From a virus: 64,000 nt of DNA. The stretch lies in IMG/VR virus record IMGVR_UViG_3300037483_000793, positions 131,793 to 195,792 of that record; one strand, 5' to 3'. This document shows, piece by piece, positions 47,791 to 54,865 of the stretch (its first letter is position 1; every line of letters begins with the position of its first letter). Both the position numbers and the translations under genes were made by a program. The notes under the pieces are model-generated. The model did no database searches and was not told where the DNA came from. It was given only the letters and a program-made list of their open reading frames with translations.

Positions 47791-48551
47791 TGCAGATCGG
47801 CAAGCTCGGACGCTCACAGAAGAGCGCCAACGACCGCCGCACGCTGTGGTTCAGCCGCTACGCGAGCGGGCCTGCATATACAGCCCCGCCGCCGATCGAC
47901 GACTGGACCGGCAAGCTCGCTGCGTACACGGCCCTGGGCAACGATCGCGTTGGCTGCTGCACGCGCACCTGCTACGGCCACGTGATTCAGCAGCGGTGCG
48001 CGCAGCTCAACATCCCGTGCGAGCTGACCGCCGACGATGTGCTCAAGGCCTACAAGGACGGCACCGGCTGGGACGGCGTGCCCGGGTCACTGTCCGATCG
48101 CGGCGACTCGATCCTGAACGCGCTGAACCAGGTGCGCAACTACGGGCTGGGCAAGTACAAGATGCGCGCGTTCGGTCGTGTCAACCACAACGACACGGTC
48201 GAGATGCGCGCTGCACTGCATGCGTTCGGCGCGCTGATCATCGGCGCGAGCTTGCCGCGATCGATCCAAGGCGACACGTCGTGGGACGTCGGGCCTCCAG
48301 GGTCACGCACGTCAGCAGACGCGCCCGGCTCGCTGGGCGGTCACGCGTTCATCATCACGGCTCACCAGCGCGGCAAGTGGATGGCAATGCCGTGGACGTC
48401 ACCGGTCTCGATGACGTACGCCTGGGATGATCTCTACATCGAAGAGGCGTGGTTCGTCCTCGACGATCTGTGGAGCACGCTCACGCGTAACGCGCCCAAC
48501 GGCTTTGACGCTGCGCGCATCGAAGCGGACGCGATCGCGATCGATCGTTAA
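47787..48551 (+). CDS. papain-like (C1-type) cysteine peptidase
   Basis: GKLGR...DRRTL; GNDRVGCCT (Cys); GGHAF (His). Confidence 0.7.
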   Translation: MMQIGKLGRSQKSANDRRTLWFSRYASGPAYTAPPPIDDWTGKLAAYTALGNDRVGCCTRTCYGHVIQQRCAQLNIPCELTADDVLKAYKDGTGWDGVPGSLSDRGDSILNALNQVRNYGLGKYKMRAFGRVNHNDTVEMRAALHAFGALIIGASLPRSIQGDTSWDVGPPGSRTSADAPGSLGGHAFIITAHQRGKWMAMPWTSPVSMTYAWDDLYIEEAWFVLDDLWSTLTRNAPNGFDAARIEADAIAIDR

Positions 48552-48814
48552 CTGATCTGCACGAAGCGCGTTACGAAGATCTCGCCGTCGAGTGCACGCC
48601 CCGTAAACATGTGCAGGTACCGCGTCCAGACGATACCGTACTCGTCGGCCGTGTCACGGTAGTGCACGAGCGGTTCGAGGTCGACCTCGTTCAGGCCGAC
48701 TGCAACGATCTTGTACACGCCACCCTTGAAGTGCTTGTAGATCTGCCCAGGCAACACGCCGCTCGCGCGGAGCTTCGCAACGCTGGCTTGCTTCTCGTCG
48801 TCGTTGTGACTCAT
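48548..48814 (-). CDS. DUF1653-like protein
   Basis: YKHFKGGVYKIV...LVHYR...WTRYLHMF. Confidence 0.8.
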   Translation of the reverse strand: MSHNDDEKQASVAKLRASGVLPGQIYKHFKGGVYKIVAVGLNEVDLEPLVHYRDTADEYGIVWTRYLHMFTGRALDGEIFVTRFVQIS

Positions 48815-49116
48815 GACGGTCCTTCCCCGAGCTTGGCCATCTCGGCGATCAGCCACTCGCCGCAGACTTCTTCGCTCGGCGGTTCTATATTCTGACGATA
48901 CCGCGACAGTGGTTGCGCATGCGCAGCAAGCCACAGCTCATCCGGTGCGAGGCCACCGCGCTGCGCGAGCCGTTCGAGTGTCTGATCGTGATTCGACTGG
49001 ATCTGTGCCCGGTGCGGTTCGACGAACGTCCAGGGCACGCTGCGCGGCCATCGCGCGCGAATCGCCTGCGGCAGCCGACTCTGGCCTGTGATGACAGGGA
49101 AGCGTTTGGTGCTCAT
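48811..49116 (-). CDS. hypothetical protein
   Basis: ATGA-coupled; NHDQTLERLAQRGGL. Confidence 0.6.
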   Translation of the reverse strand: MSTKRFPVITGQSRLPQAIRARWPRSVPWTFVEPHRAQIQSNHDQTLERLAQRGGLAPDELWLAAHAQPLSRYRQNIEPPSEEVCGEWLIAEMAKLGEGPS

Positions 49117-49916
49117 CGCGGTGATGCCTGTCCCCAACCTTCGATGAAGACGAACACGGGTACGGCCGTCAGTGGCCATGGACCATCTTCGTTGCGGTGT
49201 GCATAGAAGTCGCACGCGACAGAGAAGTTGCGGCGTGGCGGCACCGGAACCAGCAACGGCTGACGGCGACGTACCAGTTCGAGCCCCGGCGTCAGCATCT
49301 CAGGCTTGTCACCAACCACCATCGTGAAGCAGGTCTTCGCGAAGAATTCGTCGGCGCGCGGCCACGTCGGGCACGTGATCCACCACGACGTGATCAGCAT
49401 CGGCGTGTCGTTGAACGTCAACTGTCCTGCAACTTGCAAGTTCGTTCGGCTTGCGTTGCCGACATTGTTGTTGCCGAACAGCTTCGTGTGCGTGAGCAGC
49501 TCGGGCGTCAGGTCGAAGCAGTCGTAGAACTGCCGGATGCGCATGCGCGACGTCGGTGACTCGCCGCGCATCGCCTCCTGCGTTGACGGTGGAAACCAGA
49601 CGTCGATGAAACGCGACGGCACCGCGAACGGCGAAGACTCGGGACGCCACGCGAACGGCACATCTGTCGCTGCGTCGAACGACTCGCCGAGCAGCTGCTG
49701 CACGAGGAAGTCACGTAGCGCCGTCAGGCGCTCCGACGGGCGGTAGTCGGTCGACAGAATCGCGTGGATCGCGTCGGTGAGCGCCAGGTCATCATCGCGA
49801 AGGCGCTGCAGAAGGCCTGCGATCGGCAGGTGTGCAACACAACCAGCCAGCTCCAGCCACGTTGCAGCTTCTTCGATGTCGAGGCTCTTCTTCGGCTTGG
49901 TCATGAATGCGGTCAC
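49113..49916 (-). CDS. protein with C-terminal domain resembling the candidate capsid protein
   Basis: FYD...LFG...TNLQVAGQL...VPVPPRRNFSV...VFIEG parallels 3463..4212. Confidence 0.5.
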   Translation of the reverse strand: MTAFMTKPKKSLDIEEAATWLELAGCVAHLPIAGLLQRLRDDDLALTDAIHAILSTDYRPSERLTALRDFLVQQLLGESFDAATDVPFAWRPESSPFAVPSRFIDVWFPPSTQEAMRGESPTSRMRIRQFYDCFDLTPELLTHTKLFGNNNVGNASRTNLQVAGQLTFNDTPMLITSWWITCPTWPRADEFFAKTCFTMVVGDKPEMLTPGLELVRRRQPLLVPVPPRRNFSVACDFYAHRNEDGPWPLTAVPVFVFIEGWGQASPR

Positions 49917-50764
49917 GGCGTCTCCGCAATCGCATCGAGATCATCGAGCAGGCTGTACGCGAACGTGTACTCACCTGCGCTCCATGCCGCTTCGAATGCG
50001 GGGCGCAGGTTCTTGGCTAGCTCGGGCGGCAGCTCCTTGCCTTTGAGCGCGTCCTTCACGCGCCAGTGGAACATCTGACCCGTGATCTCTTCGGTGGGCT
50101 TGCCCGCGTGAGCTAGTTCCATGCTGATCCGGTGCAAGATGCCACCAGCTGCGCCATCGATCGCGCCGATGACAGGATTCTGCGACGCGAACTTGCGGAT
50201 GAACTCGGTGGCAGCCTTGACGGCGTTGCCGACTGCGTACCAGCGCTGCTTCGCTTCGTTGATGCCTTCAGGAACATGGAACTTCTTGCGGCCCGTTACT
50301 GAATCGACGGTCGTCGACACGGCGTACTGGTACGTCGCGTTGGCGGCTTGATTGCAGTTCTCGACCGTCTTCGATCCCAGGTACGACGCGTACCAGTAGA
50401 GGCGCGTCAGCGGATGCTCTTCCGGCTGACCGACGTCCGCAGGTGGGTCCGGGATCTTGCCGTCGGCGAGCGTCGACACGTAGCTGAGCGCGAGCGCGAT
50501 GTAGAATCGCGCGTCGGTGACTTCCTGCGGATCGGCGCACACGCGCTGGTCACCGAGCACGCGATACGGATCGCCGCCAACAGGCTGTTCACAGCCCAGG
50601 CGCGCCTCCAGCTCGCTGATCTCGGGTGCGTCGGCGTTCACCCAGCGCACAGGCGGTGTCGCCCACCGAATCAGCTCACACGCGAGCGCCGCGGCGTTCT
50701 TGGCGTCGTGCCATCCCCAGCCGAGCGACATACGTTCGAGCGAAGCCATCTCGTGCGTCCGCAT
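49913..50764 (-). CDS. hypothetical protein
   Basis: Likely start MRTHEMASL. Confidence 0.6.
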   Translation of the reverse strand: MRTHEMASLERMSLGWGWHDAKNAAALACELIRWATPPVRWVNADAPEISELEARLGCEQPVGGDPYRVLGDQRVCADPQEVTDARFYIALALSYVSTLADGKIPDPPADVGQPEEHPLTRLYWYASYLGSKTVENCNQAANATYQYAVSTTVDSVTGRKKFHVPEGINEAKQRWYAVGNAVKAATEFIRKFASQNPVIGAIDGAAGGILHRISMELAHAGKPTEEITGQMFHWRVKDALKGKELPPELAKNLRPAFEAAWSAGEYTFAYSLLDDLDAIAETP

Positions 50765-50814
50765 GTTCGATCCCGCTGACGAGAACCGCCCTGACTTGGT
50801 GACGTGCGGCGCCA

Positions 50815-51171
50815 CTACTTCGCCGCGGCTTCTTTCGCACGTTGTTCGGCCGCGAACATGACCGTCGGCTGGATGTCTGTGTTCGGCGGGACGACGCACA
50901 GGAAGTCGTCGAAGGCTTCGACGTCCTCGACCTGACCGAACTCGTCGACCACCATCGGACGGATCGCGCGCTGTGGGATCTGCGCTGCTTCGGGATTCTC
51001 CGGGACAATCTCGACGAGCGCGAAGCCCGCGAGGCCCAGTGTACGCGTGACGCCGGGTGCGTCGCTGAACACCGCCCGCCACCCATCGGCGGCGATGATC
51101 TGAAGGATCACGTACTCGTTGCCGTCGTCGTTGTCACCCATACCGAACATGTCCTGCTCTTGCTTGGCCAT
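50815..51171 (-). CDS. hypothetical protein
   Basis: Likely start MAKQEQDMF. Confidence 0.6.
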   Translation of the reverse strand: MAKQEQDMFGMGDNDDGNEYVILQIIAADGWRAVFSDAPGVTRTLGLAGFALVEIVPENPEAAQIPQRAIRPMVVDEFGQVEDVEAFDDFLCVVPPNTDIQPTVMFAAEQRAKEAAAK

Positions 51172-51267
51172 ATAGTCTCGCTTTGTAGCGCGGTCGCGTA
51201 AGAATCTCAAGCCCGTCGGCGAACACCGATCGCGCGAGCGATCGCTCGACTGTGTTATGCTGGCAGG

Positions 51268-51402
51268 ATGCAAAACTTCGGTACCGTCACTGTCATCCCG
51301 ACACCGTTCTACCGGAGCACCAAGTTCTGGGCGATCGCGTCGTCGATCGCGATTGTTGGTGTGGGCATCACGGGTGCCGTCATGTGGCGTCGCCGGGCTT
51401 GA
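51268..51402 (+). CDS. 44-aa mini membrane protein (anchor-only member of the C-terminal TM family)
   Basis: MQNFGTVTVIPTPFYRSTKFWAIASSIAIVGVGITGAVMWRRRA; TGT-TATGCT 6 nt before the ATG; below the ORF-track cutoff. Confidence 0.65.
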   Translation: MQNFGTVTVIPTPFYRSTKFWAIASSIAIVGVGITGAVMWRRRA

Positions 51403-51832
51403 TCGCGTGCCCGATTGCGGTAATCAAGAAGCCCTTAGCGACGCCGTTTTTGTCCTCGCCGTGCATCGTGATTTTCGTTTGCGCTGACGTAGTCTCGACG
51501 ACGCGTGTGAGGCCTTGCCGGTAGCTTTTCGTGATCTTCTGCGTGGGGCCGATCATGAAGACCTCGCCGCCGCCTGCGAGCAATTCTCCTGGCCGCGACG
51601 CGATCTTCGCGCACTCGGCGCACACGAAGAACGTCCCGAGCGCACCGTTGACGCGCCAGGGCTCCTCGTGCATCGCTGTGCACCGCATGCAGCAGAACTC
51701 GCCGTTGGGATCGACGTAGCGCTGCACGAGGTCCCGCGCGAGCGGATAGTGGCCCGCGAGCCACGCAGCTTGAACCGCTTCGAGAACGTCGGTGAAGCGC
51801 GCGCCGTCGGGCAGCTCTTCGGGCTCAGCCAC
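51380..51832 (-). CDS. hypothetical Zn-finger protein
   Basis: CCMRC...CAEC. Confidence 0.55.
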   Translation of the reverse strand: MAEPEELPDGARFTDVLEAVQAAWLAGHYPLARDLVQRYVDPNGEFCCMRCTAMHEEPWRVNGALGTFFVCAECAKIASRPGELLAGGGEVFMIGPTQKITKSYRQGLTRVVETTSAQTKITMHGEDKNGVAKGFLITAIGHAIKPGDAT

Positions 51833-52115
51833 GATACAGCCCTCCGTGCAGCGCGCCGTCGAACATCCGGCGCGACGGCGACTTGCTGACGTACCAGAGC
51901 GCGAACTCTTCCGTACACGGGCGACACGTCGTGAGTTTCAGCTCGCCGTGATCCCACGTGAGGATGAAGTTGAAGCCGCCCTCGACTTCGCAAACGCAGC
52001 CGACACAGCGATCGGTCAGCTTGTGCTCGTAGAGCAGGTTGATCGCGAGGTTGTAGTCCTTCGCGAGCACGGCGACTTGGATCGCAGCGACGATTGCAGG
52101 ATCAGGCTTGGGCAC
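51825..52115 (-). CDS. hypothetical Zn-finger protein
   Basis: CVGCVC...CRPC. Confidence 0.5.
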   Translation of the reverse strand: MPKPDPAIVAAIQVAVLAKDYNLAINLLYEHKLTDRCVGCVCEVEGGFNFILTWDHGELKLTTCRPCTEEFALWYVSKSPSRRMFDGALHGGLYRG

Positions 52116-52461
52116 GACGATACTGCTCCCAGTTTACTGGAAGTTCGCAGTTCAGTGGCGCGTCAGCGAACATCGGACCGATCTCGTGGTCTTGAAAACC
52201 GGCCAACCCGCAGCCGATTCGGGTTACCTGGTACGTCAGCTCGGGCGTCTCGCGGGCGAAGTCCTTGAACGTCTCGACGCTCGCGCGGATCTCGTTGAGC
52301 GTTCGTGGCTTCAGCTCACGGTCTTTCGTGGCGATGCCATATGCCGATCCCATCAGGCCTTCAGCAACGCCGTAGACAGCACCGTGCCTGCGCCGCGCTT
52401 CGAGTGCTGCACCAGCACCGTGGCGACCGGCGAGGTTCGATCCGAAGACGAAGATCTTCAT
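52102..52461 (-). CDS. macrodomain-like (A1pp-related) phage protein
   Basis: IFVFGSNLAGRHGAGAA...AYGIATK...VTRIGCGLAG; ATG immediately follows the last array hairpin. Confidence 0.7.
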   Translation of the reverse strand: MKIFVFGSNLAGRHGAGAALEARRRHGAVYGVAEGLMGSAYGIATKDRELKPRTLNEIRASVETFKDFARETPELTYQVTRIGCGLAGFQDHEIGPMFADAPLNCELPVNWEQYRRAQA

Positions 52462-53113
52462 GTGCACTTAGTGCCCTTGCCTAGCCACGCCTGACCCTGC
52501 CGCGCCCGGCATCGCCTGGCCTAGCCCTGCCCTGTAACTGTCGAGTGCACTTAGTGCCCTTGCCCTGCCTAGCCCCGCCGCGCCATGCCATGCCCCGCCT
52601 AGCTCTGCCACGCCGAGCCGCGTTGAATCGTTGATGTGCACTTAGTGCCCATGCCTCGCCATGCCTCGCCATGCTGTGCCATGCCGGGCCTTGCCCAGCC
52701 GCGCCGCGCCGCGAGAAATCATCGTGCACTTTAGTGCCCTCGCCACACCTCGCCGTGCACCGCCCAGCCTAGCCGCACCACACCAAGCCGCGTGAAAATG
52801 TCGGTGCGCACTTAGTGCCCTTGCCCTGCCTGGCCTGACCGCGCCGCGCCGCGCAATGCCCCGCCGCGCCCCGCCCGACCGCGAAAATCGTTGTGATGCA
52901 CTTTAGTGCCCTTGCCATGCCAAACCGGGCCTGACCCAGCCACGCCAGGCCTTGCCACGCCAGGCCTAGCCGAACCCCGCCCCGCCTTGCCTGGCCGCGC
53001 CGCGCCTCGCCCTGTGAAATGTTGCGGCGCACTTAGTGCCCTTGCCCAGCCGGACCGCGCCGTGCCGTGCCCAGCCCAGCCCTGCCCAGCCGCGCCCAGC
53101 ACTGCCGCGCCGA
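52462..53113 (-). ncRNA. array of seven GGY-NN pentamer guide-like RNA units with 3' hairpin (VIPR-like)
   Basis: Units with 14, 20, 12, 10, 12, 12 and 11 phased triplets, each ending NN-GGGCAC-TAA(A)-GTGC. Confidence 0.9.
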
Positions 53114-53115
53114 AA

Positions 53116-53619
53116 CTACTGATCATCGTTTTCGTCACCGGCACGAAGCGGATGCACGACAGGTCCGAACCGCACCGAGATCGCTTTACGATCAGCTTGC
53201 GCTGTTACCAGTGTCGCGTGCATGCGACGTGTCGCGTGTTCGGTCTTGACCTGCTCTCGCGGTGTCAGTTGCTCGACCGGCACACGACGAATCCGCGACA
53301 CGGATTTCCCGATGCGGCGAACGCCGCGACGGAAGTCTCGTACGCTGACTGTCACACGCTCAAATTGTTCGAGCACGCGCAAACCGACACTTGGTACAGC
53401 TTCCATGTCGATGTTCTGTTCGTTCAAGAGCCGACGACGCCACGCAGTGACAATCGTCTTGTAGCGCGATGTGCCGGGCTTGACCTGGATGGTGTTCTCG
53501 ATGTCGGTGTGCGTGATCACGTTACCTGCTTTGAGGTTCGTGAACGTCGTGAGGAGCTTCTTGACGTCGGGTTCGGTCGGGACACCACTGGAAAAAATCG
53601 TCGTCGCTGCCATCGTCAT
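53116..53619 (-). CDS. accessory protein embedded in the array (possibly winged-helix nucleic-acid binding)
   Basis: 167 aa from ATG 53619 with AAAGG RBS; VITHTDIENTI...AWRRRLLNE...VPSVGLRVL. Confidence 0.75.
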   Translation of the reverse strand: MTMAATTIFSSGVPTEPDVKKLLTTFTNLKAGNVITHTDIENTIQVKPGTSRYKTIVTAWRRRLLNEQNIDMEAVPSVGLRVLEQFERVTVSVRDFRRGVRRIGKSVSRIRRVPVEQLTPREQVKTEHATRRMHATLVTAQADRKAISVRFGPVVHPLRAGDENDDQ

Positions 53620-53631
53620 TGCCTTTCGATT

Positions 53632-53819
53632 GTACTTAGTACCCTTGCCCCGCCGTGCCGTACCCGACCCTGCCCGGCCGCGACCAGCCGTACCGCGCCC
53701 GGCCGAGCCGAGCCGTGCCAAAATTATGTCGAGAGTGTGTTGCGTGACGCACGTTAGTGCCCTTGTCCGGCCTTGCCCCGCCACGCCTAGCCGGGCCATG
53801 CCCTGCCATGCCCCGCCAT
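53632..53819 (-). ncRNA. two further GGY-NN units directly after the RAMP gene stop
   Basis: 11 and 15 triplets; hairpins GCAC-TAAC-GTGC and GTAC-TAA-GTAC. Confidence 0.9.
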
Positions 53820-53823
53820 AAAC

Positions 53824-54498
53824 CTAGATCTCTTTGATCGACTGGACGTCGAACGTACCGAAGCGTCCGGGCGTCGGACTGCTCGGACGCCAGTCGCCGA
53901 GGCCCTTGTAGCGACCGGCATACTCCAGAATCGAACCGAGAATCCCTTCGGTGATCTGGTCGTCGATCACCATGAGCACGCCCTTCAGGGACCAGTTGGT
54001 GAACTTCGGACGAACGCGGATGTGCTTGCTGTTGCCGATCTTCGCGCGTTTCGTGAACAGCGTGAACCCGTTCGCGTGCGCCATCGCGATGTGCTTCTGG
54101 AAATCCAGATTCGATGCCAGCCCGACGACGAACGGTTTGACGTCGATCGGCTTGTTCTTCACGTGCAGGATCCAGTGTTCTTCTTCGCACTGGATACCGC
54201 TCTGTGACTGCGACTTGAACGTCTTGCCGTTCTTGCCACCAGGTACGGGAACTTGAGCGCCGCCTTCCATGATGCAGCGCATGATGTTCAGCTCGGGCAT
54301 CGTGATGTGTTCACCGTCGTGATACAGCGAACCCAGCCACGAGAACGCTGGGGCACGATCGTCACCGGGCGCGCTGAGCTTCTTGTTGGCGGGGTTGGTC
54401 TGCCAGGCCTTGAGTTGATCGGCAGCTTCGATGTTGTCGTGGTGCATCAGCAGCGGTTGAACACCTTCGAGCTTCACTTCGTAACGACGAACCGGCAT
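53824..54498 (-). CDS. stand-alone Cas7/RAMP-like RNA-binding protein (Vipr-like)
   Basis: 224 aa from ATG 54498 (AAGGAAG RBS); YEVKLEGVQPLLMH, ITMPELNIMRCI, HIRVRPKF..W, C-terminal Gly loop GLGDWRP...GRFGTF. Confidence 0.8.
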   Translation of the reverse strand: MPVRRYEVKLEGVQPLLMHHDNIEAADQLKAWQTNPANKKLSAPGDDRAPAFSWLGSLYHDGEHITMPELNIMRCIMEGGAQVPVPGGKNGKTFKSQSQSGIQCEEEHWILHVKNKPIDVKPFVVGLASNLDFQKHIAMAHANGFTLFTKRAKIGNSKHIRVRPKFTNWSLKGVLMVIDDQITEGILGSILEYAGRYKGLGDWRPSSPTPGRFGTFDVQSIKEI

Positions 54499-54565
54499 AC
54501 AGTCTTCCTTGTTGATGTTGCTTAGGCGTGGTGCACGGAATGTGCGGATGCCTGTTAGCACCACG

Positions 54566-54598
54566 AACATAATCATGCCGTAGACCGCAAGTCAAGAG
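54566..54598 (-). promoter_or_regulatory. sigma70-like promoter of the RAMP/array operon
   Basis: Minus strand CTCTTGACT-N18-TATGTT. Confidence 0.6.
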
Positions 54599-54628
54599 CG
54601 AGTTGCGATGCCGCGATCCCTGCCGCGA

Positions 54629-54865
54629 TCACCGTACGCGCGCCACGGGCAGCAGCACGCCGCGACCCTTGTCCGTGATCTTGTACCGCCGCCGGAGCGT
54701 GACGCGCTCCTCGACGCCTTCGACGAAGCCTGCTTCTTCGAGCCACGCCATGTGAACGAAGATCGAGTAGCGCGAGCCGACACCTGCGTTGATCATGTCG
54801 AGCCCGTAGACTGGCGCAGGTTGCTGCCCGAGGAATTCGAGAATCCGGCGACGTGTCGTGTTCAC
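54629..54865 (-). CDS. PadR-like winged-helix regulator
   Basis: ILEFL...YGLDM...YSIFVHMAWLEEAGFV...RRRYKITDKG. Confidence 0.75.
   Translation of the reverse strand: MNTTRRRILEFLGQQPAPVYGLDMINAGVGSRYSIFVHMAWLEEAGFVEGVEERVTLRRRYKITDKGRGVLLPVARVR

Noticed and set aside
52481-53799. ORFs of ARRG/GxA/PxP low-complexity peptides (52481..52729, 52769..53032, 52812..53144, 52906..53757, and the N-terminal extension of 53116..53799)
   Set aside because: They are translations of the 5-nt-period array. Hairpin covariation and strict pentamer phase indicate RNA-level selection.
52462-53819. Classical CRISPR array with GCACTTAGTGCCC as repeat
   Set aside because: The intervening sequences are themselves GGY-periodic, not random spacers; the constant part is only ~13-17 nt; no adaptation or interference cas genes are present.
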